A stretch of 61,910 nucleotides of DNA, filler included, from Catajapyx aquilonaris (taxonomy: Eukaryota), in the NCBI GenBank assembly GCA_000934665.2. It is 2 parts of 2 records of this genome, joined end to end, with 100 filler letters (N's around TTAATTAATTAA, not from the genome) between each part and the next. Parts side by side here need not be neighbours in the genome. Positions count along the whole stretch, not along the records: positions 1 to 30,909 come from JYFJ02004610.1; 1 more part is not named here. One strand, 5' to 3'. Below are positions 12,301-26,400 of this stretch, one piece after another. The notes beneath the pieces are model-generated. The model had not been told where the DNA came from. It did not search any database and saw only the letters and a program-made list of their open reading frames with translations. How positions within the stretch are numbered: the stretch's first letter is position 1; each line of letters opens with the position of its first letter. Made by a program: the position numbers and the translations under genes.

Positions 12301-14428
12301 TAAAATAAGCTACACTTACTTGCTGCCAACATCTTCTCCAGTAACCTTGTGCCCATCCACAATTGTGAAAGCTCCAACCCCTGGCAATACAAGAGACTTG
12401 AGTGTCTCGGTTCCAGTTGCAGTTGCATTAAGAAGGCAAACTTGCGCTCCTTCCAATGCGCTCTGGCCATGATCACCCCACAATCTACAAGAAAAATGTT
12501 GCTTATTTATTTGACCATAAAATTAACTTGGCCTATGTGCCAAGGGACTGCTGTTTGTTTTACTAAACAATGATCAGGAGTGTGCACTGAGAAAATGCTA
12601 GTGTACCAGCCATCTCCCGAGTAACTTCTTTGTTCACATTTTCATAATCAAGCCAAAGCCCATATCTCTAACACAGATGTAAGTTGCAAAACAATCTCGT
12701 CTGTCACAGTTCATTTACTTGGGAGTCTTTAGTGTCACAGACAAACAAAAATTAAGGGTGACGAGACGTCCCGAATTTTTACCCTTTGTCCGTGATTTTT
12801 TCGAGGGTCATTTGGGATGCCCATTTGTCCCGGATTCGGCCAAATTGTCACCGTTTGGGCAGGGTTAGTAGCAGTGTTATTTAAAAACCCTGAAAAAGTT
12901 TTCCTCCCAAAAACACCCTTATTGGGAAAAATAGGGTTTTCTCCTAATATATTTATTTTTAACAATATTTCGGGCATTTTATGCACACTATAAAGTTCTT
13001 ATTATATCCACCTGTTTAAATTGATGACAATGAACCACACTGCATTTGATTCTGGCTCTTTCATGGAAGAATCTTCGAAGGACTCCAGGGACAAGTAACT
13101 GCATCAACAGTGTTTTCGGTGGGAATATTTTGTCAACGTCTAGGCCAAAAAGTGTCCATATTGCAGTGATTTGGTAGAATCTTTTGTGATAACAGTACTT
13201 TGCTATAATTCACTGGCTAAAAGGACAGTACTAATTATGTACTACTATGTAGGGCATTCACAATATTGCACTGTAAGTATTTCATAAAAAATGCCTGGAT
13301 TTGGTTCATAATGCTATGTCACATGTCGAAAAAATCTGAGTATATTGATAACTTATTTCTCTCTTTTTTTGCTCTGCCTTAGTATAATTGTTTTCATGCC
13401 AAATAATATTGTGACTTCAGCATCCCCAAAAGACCAGTTGGCTACTTCAAGTGATTTGCATGATGCTTGGTTTCCTATCATCAACATTTTTTTCCATTTT
13501 GTACAAGTTGGCACACCTTACATGGCATGACAGAAAATGAAATACTGAACTGTATTTTATGTGACAGATTTCATCTCATTATTTTCTATGTAAAATATTT
13601 GGAAAGTATCAAGTCATACGTGTGCAGATTTTTCATAAGCTATTCTGGGTCGTTGGGGTAAAAAACAAAAAAAGCAGTTTTTTTCACTGGCCTTTACAAT
13701 CACTAGCTAGCATAGTACAAAAGTATGACTGTAACAATAAAATTAATGTAAGAGTAAATATCCCCAAGATGGCCGGTTATACAACGACTTGGATGATGTG
13801 GACAGTGGTATGCAGTAACCATGTAACCCACAACATGTTGAAACCGAGAAAAATCAAGTAGCAGTTCTGTTAATGTAAAAAAATCTCACTGAAAAACGAT
13901 AAGCCGTACCTATATTTTGCCGATGCTATAAGATTATTTGTTAACAAGCGCCAATGTTAGGTTAAATTATTATTTTTTGAGCACTATGCACGATGGTTAC
14001 AGGAATTTTTACGATTTGTGGGTTACATGGTTACTGCATAACACCGTCCATGTATCTGGGGAAGACCCATACCATAACATCTCAATACGGTGGGAAAAAT
14101 GCGCAAAAATATATTAGCTACTGAAATTTTCTTCATACCTAAAGAAAATAAATACCGTTGAACAATTCCAATGGTCGTTTACCATCACCGGCTACGGCTA
14201 GCTCAACATTTTTGAGGTGTCCCTAATTTGGGGCTTGAAAATCTGGTCACCTTACAAAAATGCAAATCAAGATGTTATATTAAGCCTCTGTGAAATGTAC
14301 GAATGACAACATTCGATTCTCGGTGACTCCATTGACAAGGACTTATATAATTACCTGAGCTGCCGGTCATATTTCTTGCTCTTTTCCGACTGTTCCGGTG
14401 ACTTCGGGATGCTCAGAGGCGACGCCAT
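9325..14428 (-). CDS. NAE1: NEDD8-activating enzyme E1 regulatory subunit (APP-BP1)
   Basis: Nine exons: 14355-14428 ([25 protein letters not shown]), 12320-12484 ([11 protein letters not shown]...[20 protein letters not shown]), 11846-12028, 10910-11414 ([19 protein letters not shown]), 10310-10443 ([12 protein letters not shown]...[21 protein letters not shown]), 9863-10059, 9667-9803, 9494-9614 ([19 protein letters not shown]), 9325-9437 ([24 protein letters not shown]...stop). Canonical splice sites; AATAAA on minus strand at ~9220. Confidence 0.97.
12754..14254. mobile_element. non-autonomous hAT-like DNA transposon in NAE1 intron 1
   Basis: Imperfect TIRs AAGGGTGACGAGA / TCTGGTCACCTTA (TAGGGTGACCAGA type), flanked by 8-bp near-duplication CAAAAATT (12746-12753) / CAAAAATG (14255-14262); no transposase ORF. 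Confidence 0.7.
13800..14049. mobile_element. MITE nested in the hAT-like element, 4-bp TSD
   Basis: ~35-bp TIRs GGACAGTGGTATGCAGTAACCATGTAACCCACAA / TTGTGGGTTACATGGTTACTGCATAACACCGTCC flanked by ATGT on both sides. Confidence 0.8.
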
Positions 14429-15178
14429 CTTGCCTTTGAAGGGCTCGCTCTGAAATTCCTCGCCTGCCACCCGCAGTGCGGGCGCATTCGAACATTACAA
14501 TCTAACAAAAAAATAGCCATCAATGCCGTTCCGATGGTATTAGTTACAGTTCCGATTGAAAGTAGCTGCTTCTTACAAATGACCCATTTAGACCACGTGT
14601 GTCTGTGACACACCCGTCAATGCTGAGAACCGACCGTTCCCAGCACTTGGTCCAATATTCTCGTTGGTGCAGTTATGAATGGTTTACCCGGGTTTACCAC
14701 AGCCGTCACGTTCACTTCCATGATACTACAAGCAGCTACTTTTCTCTCATCTTTAGCTACAGCAGTGATTTTTAGGCAAGTAGCCATGATATTTCGGCTC
14801 GTCCAATCAGACGGCAAGCCACACACCTTCCGATTGGCCCTGAGCACTCCACCGAGCTGACCCAGTGTGGCCAATGAGAGAGCCCCGGTTTGCACAGGTA
14901 GTGGCCTCCAGCGCCGTCTGCTTCCGGATGAGCATACCCCTGCCAACCCCTCTTCTGCTTGCGGCCAGCATTTCACATTTGGCGCCGGTGAGTGGAGGTC
15001 GTGCTCTTTCCCTCCGGATCATCATTCTGTCCTCTCCCGCATCATCTGTGCCGCAGAGGTAGATGGACCACCTGAGGAGGAGACCCAACCCGCTGCAATC
15101 ATAGCGTCTTCAGTCGTCGTGGACCGGCCAGGCCCCCAACCCGCCAGTCTCAATGAAGAGGAACGTCAGAATTCGGTG
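14429..15178. promoter_or_regulatory. CpG-rich bidirectional promoter NAE1/Piezo with probable non-coding first Piezo exon
   Basis: CCAAT boxes at 14803, 14833 (ATTGG) and 14871; CpG-rich; + strand donor GTG|gtgagc at 15179; the first Piezo coding exon is preceded by an acceptor at 17461. Confidence 0.55.
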
Positions 15179-17467
15179 GTGAGCAATTATTATTATCATT
15201 TACCGATTAATATATCCGGGCCGGGTTAATACTGCGCGACCAACAGTGCGGTGGATTCGTCACGTGTTCTGCTGCATCGGTCGTCACACGTGACAATCTC
15301 CAGTAAAGTCGGGGTTGTGTGGAGTCGACCTTGGGCACCCGGTTCGATCTCATTTTTTGCTGTTCGATGGGTTCAGACAGGACACGAGACGAGATAACCT
15401 CTGCTGGGTGTTCTGTCACAGAGAGAGGCATTGACGCCCACACCATTCATGCACTGCACCAGTTTGAGTAGTCTGATGTGGTTTTGAGATCGGTGTGCAG
15501 GGGGAATTTTTATATCATGATTGTTTTGGGATGTACAGACCTTGCGTGTAATCCCATGGGACAATTATTATTGGCAGCTTAGGGAAGTTGCATTCATATT
15601 TGAGTGTTTTGTCATGCGGCATGGCCAACATGCCATGCAATATGTTCTTCCTGGCTTGTCATTGCCCTTTGTACTGCAGAAACTTGTGATGGAGTGCCTC
15701 ATAAAATGCGTGTATGTGATAAAAACCCAGCACAGACCAGTTGTGCCAGTGTCACATGTTCACAGCTTGTACCTAGTTGGTGAATCTGCAATTAACCCAG
15801 GCATGGCCTTCCTGACTTTACTGGCTAGGAGTTTAGTCGTAAATGAATGCAGCAGACCACACACGTGGGATACAATGCTTCTTATTCTGCAAAAACATAT
15901 TGATGTTAGTATGTCATGATTGTTATAGGAATGTTGCCAGTCTGGAGCACGCTTCTTATTGATTAATACCAATTGAGATCAATATGTTTTATCAGCTCGC
16001 CGATAATAATCTCATGGAAGTTGTCTAGTGCGCGGCGTAGGCTCTTGGGCATGCAAAATTGATATCACGTGCCAACTGTTGCTGATGTTGCAATTTGATT
16101 TGAAATTTAGATTTGCTGGTCACATTGCCATAAATATCTCTAGGTATGGTGATGGAATTATTATATGAAATCTCGTTCATGTTATATTGTTATCTAAGTG
16201 ACACCTGCATTGTTCTTGAATATTATACTGCAACTCTAACTTAAGAATACAAATAAGCAGTTGATCAAGTATTACATGTGTTAATCTGGATGCGTACATA
16301 ATTTCTGTACATGTTTGGGTACGCAACAGTCAGTTTGGCAATATCCAGAATTTTGCATTGCGAATTGTTGCAGTTGATTTTCAGATATGGTTTAAGCAAT
16401 CCACTGTGGACATGTAACACCTGTTTGTGAGTAAGGTGGATGACTCATATTATTTGCACATATGATACCCTTACTGTAGCGTAATTCATCCATAGACATG
16501 ACAGGCAATACAATACTGATAATAAAGTACAGTCCTGTGAAGCTAAAGTTACCATGTAACTTGCCGTTAAAACTTTTCTGGCCCAATATTTTAACTCTCA
16601 AAATATAGCAATTATATGCCAAGTAATCTAAACTTCTGAAGTACCGGTATCCACTTAACTATATTTGTACCCTTATTCTAGGTCACGGGTACATTATTTT
16701 TAGCATTATTAACTCGTTTTATAGGCAGTCTTCCCAGATGTATGCTCCACTTGCTGAGAAAAGTGAGTCTTGATCGATAAATTATTATGTGGGCCACGCC
16801 CTTAATTCGGAAATCAGATGGGCCAGGATCACATGGGCTGGTCCCTTTTCTCCCCTCCCTGAAAAAAATAGATGAACGTAAACACAACAGGCACTGTATA
16901 CATGCAACCCGGCTTCACATGCAAGCAAACAGTTGAAGCAAAAAAAAAAAAAAAGCTGCCCATAGGTATTATAAGTGAGGGAGGAAGGTTGTCTATTTCT
17001 GGTATTGCATGTCCTCTTTTCTTGTTTTGGAGGCACTGCCCAGTAAACTGGAAAGGCGGGAAACATTCCTAACACACTAATTGAGACTTGAGGTTAGCAG
17101 GCGATGGCACTGACCATTGAATTCCAGGCTGGTACATACCCAGTGAGCACAGGGAATTTAAATCTGTCAGCAAGAGAAGGGGTGATGTCATGTTACTTCA
17201 GGCCTTTTTCTCCCAGTTGGCTTGTAACAGGAAATCCCATCCGAAAGGTCACCTTACATCCCCCCCATGGCCACGATTGTTCTCTTTTTTATGACCAAGA
17301 AGTGATTTCATGCCGAATATTATTCTTCAAGACTCCTGGAGATCTTTTCTTGTTCGGGTTTTTAGATACAATAGGTGTGCGAATTATGTGGAGTTTATAA
17401 CATAAGGCATTGTTGCAAAGAGCATTAAAATGAAGAAAACAATTTTTTTCATACATTTCAGAGGAAA

Positions 17468-20400
17468 ATGGTGACATCATTGATTTGTCGAGGCCTGTTT
17501 CGCGTGGCACTTCCACTCCTCCTACTGGCATGTAAGTACACCCGACTTCCGTTTTAAATTATGGTTTTAATGCACCGCCACTGCAATTTGAATATTACGC
17601 GCCTGCAATTATGGGGAAAGGCAATGGCATGACTTTTTCGCGCGGCGTGGCGGATTATTATTTTGATGGGGGTCACGTGTCTCCGAGCTGGAATAACATA
17701 TTGGGAAGTGTAAATATGCGAGTCAGGGAATTTTTACAGCACTTTGTGGCGGTGGCAGCCACGCCCTTGGTAATTATTCCAAGCAGAAAAATCACACCGT
17801 GCGTCCATCACAGCAACATGTGACTGGTTATGATGTGGCCATGCCATTCCGCGGCATGCATCTGGCTGATTGCATTCTGGGAGGTTCATACCTGAGAAGG
17901 ACACGACGCTCATTTTTGAAAGTTTATTGTCGGTACTCCCACTCACATGCGTGCAAAAGGGATTCCGATGAGAGTGTGAGTCGCGTTCATTTATCTGCCG
18001 GAGACGGTTCACATGAAGGGCTGAAAATAGCATGAGGTCAGTTGGCAATGCAGATATTGGCGTGGATTGGGAGGGAACTGTACCATTGCCCTGCAGTACA
18101 AGATGCGGAAGTTTTTAGCTCAGACGCTGGCTTTTAACCAACTATGTTTGAAATGGACCCCGGAGGGTGTGTAGCGCGAAATACAACATAAACCCGAGCA
18201 ATCAACCGCACCTGTTCTTGTCCATTAGTAACGTGAGTGTCACGTTTTGCGGATGTATAATGAGGGCAAATGGGACCAGAGGTACTGAAATGAAGGATGT
18301 GGATCGCCGTACCGGAAATGATCGTGTATTATCGCAGAAATGATGCCGCTTTTGTGTACGGCCCCAGTGTGTATGTTGCACTGTTTCCTGCCTGCCTCCC
18401 CATGACGTGATTAGACGAATGTGCCGAGTCAATGGGTGTAATATTTAGTCCAAAGGTTCCAAGGGGCGTTGTTGAGTCACGTGGCACCTGTGTAAAGTGT
18501 CGAGCTTGAAGGGTCTGAAGGTATAAGGGACGATCCGGCGTATAGATTCTTCTGACACTTGGATCAATACAGAGGCCAGGTGATGGTGGCCGACGCCCTT
18601 CCATGTACAAGTAGACCTCCATTCCCCTAATTTTCAGGTGGCCAAATATCCCACTTTTGGGAAGTGATTCCAATGGCGCACACACATGGCAATGGCCTCG
18701 GTAGGAGAGGGAGCCGAGAGGGGGAGGCCCAGTTGATGTCATCGCGTGGTTGAGGGCAATGATGACACGATGGGAGCTGGTTTCATTAACTAGAGGTCAA
18801 ATTGTGTGGAATTGATAAGCAGACGCATTTTCACCAGCCCCCTTGAGCCTCCGTGATGGAGTCATCCTGTTTGGCTGGGAACTGTGCCGAGGAGTAGAGT
18901 AAATGCCCCCAGTTTTATCTTTGTAATTACGCAAATCGTGATGGCCAGCTTGAAGGGCGATGATTAGTTGGCACGGTTATCGTAATGTGCGAGGGACGTC
19001 GATGTGCTACAAAGTATTCGTATGTTGACATTTATATGGCGTGACAGAACAACTGTCGGGTTTTTACAGGTCCCTAAGGAACCGTGGAGTGTGGCATATT
19101 CTTTTGAACCAGCAGGCGGCAATTTTGCCGGTGATAATGTTGTCCTTGGACCACAACGTATAGAAATGTATTTTTAAAATGTGCATATAATAAGCGATAT
19201 GCAATTGAACTACTTTTTTGCGGCGGGACTGGGAATATAACGACTGCTATTATTTCGATTTGAAGTGCCCGCCTTCAACCCCTAGGTGTACTGGCTAATC
19301 GTTAATGACACTTGAAATATGTTTTGACCTCATCAAATATTTTGACCCAGATGCTCCCCAGGCTGGCACTCGGATGTGACAGTCCGCGCTAATATAAATG
19401 CAGCGTATCATCCGGTGTATCAGGCGGAAACACGCAACAATTACGTACAAATGAAAAGTAATGAGTGTGATAGTTGCAAATTATCCGCATGGTCGCGAGT
19501 AGCCTTGGTGTGACTTATATCAGGATATTGCTTGCATTCTCTATACGGCTTTGAAATATTTATGGCGGAAGCTTTTGCAATGGTATACAAAAAAATTGCG
19601 ATCGCGCTTTCTCAGACACTTTTTTTCGCGTCCCCATCACACTTATAGCCCATTGTCATGCATCCTGCATAATTTACTCGAGGCTATTAAAAGTCGTATG
19701 GTTTATGATCCTAATAGCCAATTTACGATCCTTGGTTCAGCTCTTACAGAACGTGCACTTTTTTTTATTTTGACTATGCAGTCAGTGAGTTTTTTCGTCA
19801 GTCCTAACAAGAGTATGACCGACGTTCTGGTTCTGAATCATGTGAGATTGATACAAGGTGCCACTGTTTAGGCCATATTAACCTTGAGGCCAGTGATAAG
19901 CAGAGTTCCACTCCCGAGTGGAATTAATTAATCTGTGTCCTTTGACACAAGTTGTTGCTTCAAAGTCAATTTCACTTCCAATTTAAGTGCCGCTCATTTC
20001 AGTTAATTTGTGAGTGGCATGAAATTTTCCAATAAGGGCTGGCCGTCAAATCTCATCAAAGTCCTACTCCCTGTTGTATTTGTAACTATTAGTTTAATGT
20101 AAATCTAGCTGATGCACATTATAATGATCAAGTTGGTATGCATTTAGCTTGAGTTTATTATTTTTACATATTAACAAAGTGCATTTTAAATCCCACTCTC
20201 GTCCAGCATATTTTAACATGTGCAGTGCAGCACTTGGTTCCGCTGGCAATGTGGATAATAAGAAATATGTCAGTCTGTCATAGTAATTTGACCTATGAGC
20301 TGTTCGTTATAAGTGCAGGTGAGCCATTCACTTTGAAATACTCTAATTCACAGGGGAAATTTGATTTGATATTCATCAAATGTCCAGGTTACGATGCTAT

Positions 20401-23400
20401 TTTGTACGATAATTTTTGTTGTCAGGGCTAAATAATTTCCCACCGGCAACAAACACTGCATAGAACCTCTGAAATGGAAAAGTTTCATGTTCCGATGTTA
20501 TTTCATATAATTCTTAGGCCCTACTTTAGATTCCCGACAATAGATGGTTGGTCTATTTTAAATGACCAGAGAGAGCTTTATATTTTATTGCCAAGAGTAA
20601 ATTGTGCAATATTGTAGCTAACTTTAATTAATTTCCCTAGTCTTTCCAATCAACTTTTGAGCCAATATCAGTGCGAATTTCGAAAGTTACTTGAACATAA
20701 ATTAACTCCGAATTTAACTATGATTAGATTCCCGATGGACAGAATGAAAAGTCTGGTTCAACGTACTGCATTGCCGGCGATTTCCCCCCCAACAAAAACA
20801 GTATGCCTTGATGTATACGTGCGTAGGTAGTTCTTCCTTAAGGAAAGGGTGGGAATCAATATGAAAAGTAACAAGTGTGTAAAGGTTACCAGCTTGGTCC
20901 AGCACGTGGAAGACCTTTTCATTGCAAAGGTCAGCCATTGCTCGTTTTGTACCTTTTGAATTTAAATATTTCAGCACTTCATCGTTATGTCCTGATATCC
21001 AGTTTGGCAGTTATGGTTTACTTCAACTTTTGAAAGTAATATTGACATGCCACTCACAAGTCAGCCCCAAGATAAACTTGAACTATAATAAGATGTTTTA
21101 TTTTAGAAAACTCCTTCGTCCTCAAAAGGAAGAGTTTGCAATCCTTTTCAGAACTGCTTCTCTTCGTACCCTTTTTCGCAATAAATTTGAACTTCGCCGA
21201 TTTAGGACAACTCACAGGGCAAAATTTAATCATTGCATAATCGTAACATGAAATCGTCGGAGTGTATGTTTCGGCAGGGCAGTAACTGCGATATTTAATC
21301 AGGAAAATGCGAACAACTTAATTGGCTGGGTCTGAGTGTACAATTTCGTGCCATATTTGTATCTGGGGATGATTGTTATTCGGTTTTCTGTGGAGAAATG
21401 TATAGGCATATAGAATTTTGCAATGGGAATTATTTTTATTAAATTATTTCATTAAATTAATTACCTCTAATTAAATTGTCATCAAGGTCGTCTGAAGATC
21501 TGTAAATCTCTATATTACACTATTCTCGGGCCTTGTCACCCTCATTATGCACCCAGATTGGGGCCACCCAATGGGGACCTGCCCATATGGNNNNNNCCCC
21601 CCCCCCCCCCCCCTCTGCTGTTCAAGGTTCTCGCCTCCCTAGTTGTTTTGTGAGAACTGGTCCAAAATATTGGCCGATAAGTCATTTGTTTTACAACCTG
21701 TCAGACTTCACATTCTTTCCTGTGACATATGAAAAGCATGCAACTTGTGTATGATGATCACAGCATATTGCACCTGGATCTGTACACGAGAAGAGGGAAC
21801 ATGGTTCACATTATTTCCATATGGCCACATTGTTTTGATTTAATTTTAACCTGAATGTTGCGAAGTTGTTTTAGAAATAATGTTAGTTGCAGCATTACCT
21901 GTTCTAAAAGAGAAAAAAGAGTACTTGTTCAGGAATGGAGTGTCCTTGGGCTGCTGTTTTTCATCAAGGGAAGTGACTGGGCATGGCCTTTTTTGCAAAA
22001 ATTATGAGACTTCATTTAGGAGCAAATAAGTTCCTGGCATCCTGAGATTAGAGCCTGTTTTCAACTACTTTTTTTATTTCTAGGTGTGGCCTTTCAGCAA
22101 TGTTGCCTCTCCTTTCTCTACCTGGCGCTGCTTCTATTCCTGCCACATGTACCGGCGCCTGTAGAAAAGCCCACACAAGGTAATCAATGCTTCCCTGCAG
22201 TTCGATGTCAACTCTCCCCATGAAATATTATTTGCTAGCATGCTTCATTCTCATTTCAGGCCACACTGCAAGGTTTCTCAAGGCAACTATTGTCATATGC
22301 TTCTTCAATGTAATCGCCCAGATTGTTTTTCAAATTGTTCTGCTGTCACTGCAACCTTATGGAGAATTCCTGGAATACTGTGAGTCTTTTATCCTTCATA
22401 CTCATTTTGTCACTTACAAAAGTAGGTGATGATCTCATTGATCTGTTCAACCCCCACTTCTGTCAACTTCTTGAGGCATGTCAGAATAAGAGAGGTTTAA
22501 TTTTTTACCCCTAAAATATGAAGTAACTAGCAGGGAAGGTGTGTTACATACAGTAAGTACCTGTTTTATGCCGTTTGAAAATGACGTTTTAAAATGTTTT
22601 AATCGAAAAATTGTGAAAAATTTGATGATCATAACATAATCTGAATATAAACACATGACTGCAACACTTCTGAGTCCCAACACGTGACCTTTGTTGTTTT
22701 TCGTGGTACAGTGCCGTGCACAATAGCATATAACAAGTGTAAACAACGACTTTGGCGTTACCTGGCAACTGGGCGTGTTCGGACATCGCCATATGGAGAG
22801 TGCTTAGCGTTCTTTCTGTCGTTGCCTCTGTTTACAGGTAGCGATTGATGCTGGGCGACCTATAGCGAAGGGTGTGTGCATGCTTACCAATGCATGGCAT
22901 CGGAATAAGCGGGCTGAGGGGGATATTATTTTGAGAAGGCGCTTCGTTATTATCACACTATCGTCACTGTCTTATTCCCACGATGATGGAGTTACGGAAT
23001 GGCCGGAAAGATGAGAGGGATGTTCTAGTTCGCTACCTGTAAACAGTGGCAACGACAGAAAGAGCGCTAAGCACTCTCCACATGCCGATGTCCGAACACG
23101 CCCAGTTGCCAGGTAACGCCAAAGTCGTTGTTTACACTTGTTATATGCTATTGTGCACGGTACTGTACCTTGTGGCTGGTTCTATCGATAAATACAGTAC
23201 TGTATTGTTGGTCTAGGCCGGGGAGTGGTCTCGGCACTCCCGAAGTTTGTTAAATACCTTACGTCTACTGCAGTTCTTGCCAAAAGAAGGGAAAAGAGGC
23301 CTCAGGACATATGACCCTCAACCTGGAACCTCCCATTAAATGTGCATAATAAATGTTTTAAATAGTCAGAATTAAAAACAGAAATTTAAGTACTGTCTGA

Positions 23401-26400
23401 AGGAAATTTTTTGGAAATCTTGGAACCTATGTCATTTACTTCCATTATAATTTTGTCTCGGTTTACTCCTTTTCACTATACGCCGCATTTTGCTGGAACC
23501 AATTACTTGCATAAAACCGGTATGACCTGTATTATAAATTCACATTGTGCAACTCTAACATGATTTGATTTTGCATCTGAATTACTTATGCGAAGTTACT
23601 TTTATTATTGCATTTGGAGATTACGTTTGAGGCCTTGGCATGCCCTGAAGTTACATAAGTGTGAGTTTTATGGTGGTATGAATTTGACTCCCTCTTGGCC
23701 CCATTATTTATGTACTGATTAATATATTTATATTTGGTCAGGCACGTTTCTGGAGAGGGTACTCCGCTTAGTGGGCCTGGTCCGCCTGGATGCCATTCGA
23801 TGGGAGGATGGGGTGCGGTGGATTGCACCAGAGATCATCCTTATGGTGTTCTCTGTGCTTATTTGGGTCATGTGCTCCAGAATGTGGCGGGCCCCTACTC
23901 CTGCTCCCCCACCTGAAAACCCACAGCAAGATCCTACACAAGCACCATCATGTAGCTCCCCTGGGGAGGTGACGACTCTTACAAGCCCTGCCACAGAAAA
24001 AGGGACCACTTCAGGAGTGCTCATCACTGCTGGTTAACCATATAGACTGCCATTATTCAGGATGTACTGAAAGTAATTGTACACTGACGGATGTATGTTT
24101 CAGGAAAGTTTTTGGCACTGGCATCCTTGGGTCTAGCAGGAGTCCTTAGGCCGTCGGTGGTGAGCTGCTTGTACTTCCTAAGCTTTGTGGGTGGGTCCAC
24201 ATGGTGGGCCTGCTACAAGGAGTTGCGCAAGGCATTCGGATGGGTCTGCCGCTTCTGCATTGTTATTAGTGCCCTGCACATCATTGCTCTCTTCGTCTAC
24301 CAGCTTCCATGGCTCCAGCACTTAGTGCCACCTGCAGGGCTTTGGGCCAGGTACATGCCTCAATAAGAGTTAATTACACATTTTTGTGATACCGTTTTAA
24401 ATAATGGAAAGCAATTTGAGGGCATGGGAAATGGAGGTATAAAATTTGCACTAATATAGTTTAGCAATCCCCAAAGCATTTATAATCTTGCCAGGAATTT
24501 TTAGGCTTTCAGTGAGCTATACAAGAAACTTGGATGCATTGGCAGTATGGTATTACTGTGACTTGTTTTTCAGGTTGTTTGGATTGACACCACTCATCTT
24601 GATTGACTGCAAGGATCCTCGCGCCATCTACTTCAGTGATCTTGAGTGGGCATCCTTCTTAAATCCATTTGCTCTAGTCTGGCTCTACTTTGTTCTGACA
24701 TACACATCACCACTTTTTATGAAAGTGCCTGTGAGTACAGTCTTACTTTTAGTCATTAATATAGCATGGGGTGTTTTAATTAATGAAGTGTGGTGTAACA
24801 TCTCCATTGACAATTAAATACAAATTAGAGGGTATTACATCAGCAGTCATAATAAGAATATGTTGGGAATTTAGTATGTACGTTCAGGAGGTCTATTGCA
24901 ACTTCTGAATGCATTGTTCTTTGTTATAAAATTTAGAATATGATCTGTAGTGTACATGTAACTGAGCTGTTGCTTTTATGAGTTTCCTTGGGACCAGTTT
25001 CTCTAATAAAGAAATGGTTTTTAAACGTTAAAAATATGCTTTTACAGTTGGTTCTATACGTACTGTTCAGGCCTAGGGATTTATGAAAAAGAAGTTAACT
25101 TGATTTTATTATTAGCACTGAGGATTATGAAAGTATTTTGTCTGTCTCTTGACATATCAGTCACCCTGAATGTAAATGGTAGTATATTGTGTCTGGGAGT
25201 AAACATGACATTTGTAGCAAGTGGGTCTTGAAAAATTATGGCTCAAGGAAACATGGTGCAGCGGTGAAGGTAGTTAGACTTACAAGTGTGATTTTTTAAT
25301 TCTTTGTGCTGCTCTTGGGATGTGTTTGCAACTGCTCAGGTTAAGTATGATGCAGAGGAGATAGGGAAGGTGGCACCCAATGGCCAGGTGGTTCGCAGCC
25401 GTTTCAATAGGTTGTCTCGCAACCGGCTCTCACATAGGCCCACATTCCGCTGGAGGAGTGCCTCCAGAAGAGTATGTCAGGTGTCTCAGAATTTCATGTG
25501 TCTATATGCTTCATTCTCAGCTTAATGTAGCTTATGTGTAGCTTTCAGTTATCTAGGAATAGCTTCTTGCTTATTATCAGGACTATTTCTAATGAGATTA
25601 GGAAGCCATTTTTGTGTACCAGTTCATTTTCAAAGTACGTAAAAATTTGGGATTATCAGGCATGAGCATGCAACTAATGAAAGACATACTGATGTGTGAC
25701 TTGGTTAAAAATATGTGAATTTTTTATGTAACCAGCACCAACCCTTGGAGTATTTACATCCACCGCCCTGGTTACACCAAAGTCCTTATTCCTATGGGTA
25801 AGACCTTGTCTTAGCTTTTCCAGCTTAATTCCACAGCACCCAAGACCCTACCATGATTCACCTTCTTCCCTCTAGTACCTTTAATTTGGATTAATACCCT
25901 GCTTTCCTTATGTCGAGCTTATAGGCCATCCATGGCGATCTGAATGCTCTGCATGCTGAACGTTCAAGCATCACCTCTCTCGAAACTGCTCCAGTACGTA
26001 TTTTATGTTGCTGACCTCCTCTCATCTCTAATCTTCCTGGTTGCTTTGGGTGGATTGTATGTGGTTTCCATTTCAATTCACCGAAATCAACGGTAGATAA
26101 TTCTAATGTGGCCTGTAATTGTAGGGTGGTGGCATGCTTGTTGCCTTTGCCTTGTAAATATATTGACCTTGCAAAAAGGCGTGGTGTAAAATGGAATGGT
26201 TCATAGGGGATCTCGGCACAGTATTTAAATAATAAAGTCATAAGTAGCACAACTCTTGACACCCTGTCATTATATCTTTGCTTTTGCATGCAAGCTCAAA
26301 ATCACTACTAATTCCCATGTTAACCTTACCTAATACCTGCCCCTGTCTAACAAAAGAGAGTAAGTTATTGCAGTTTGCAAATGTAATGGCCAAATTATGA

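Noticed and set aside
17600..21500. Short ORFs in CpG-rich Piezo intron
   Set aside because: No recognisable protein or transposase motifs; probably regulatory or decayed repeats.
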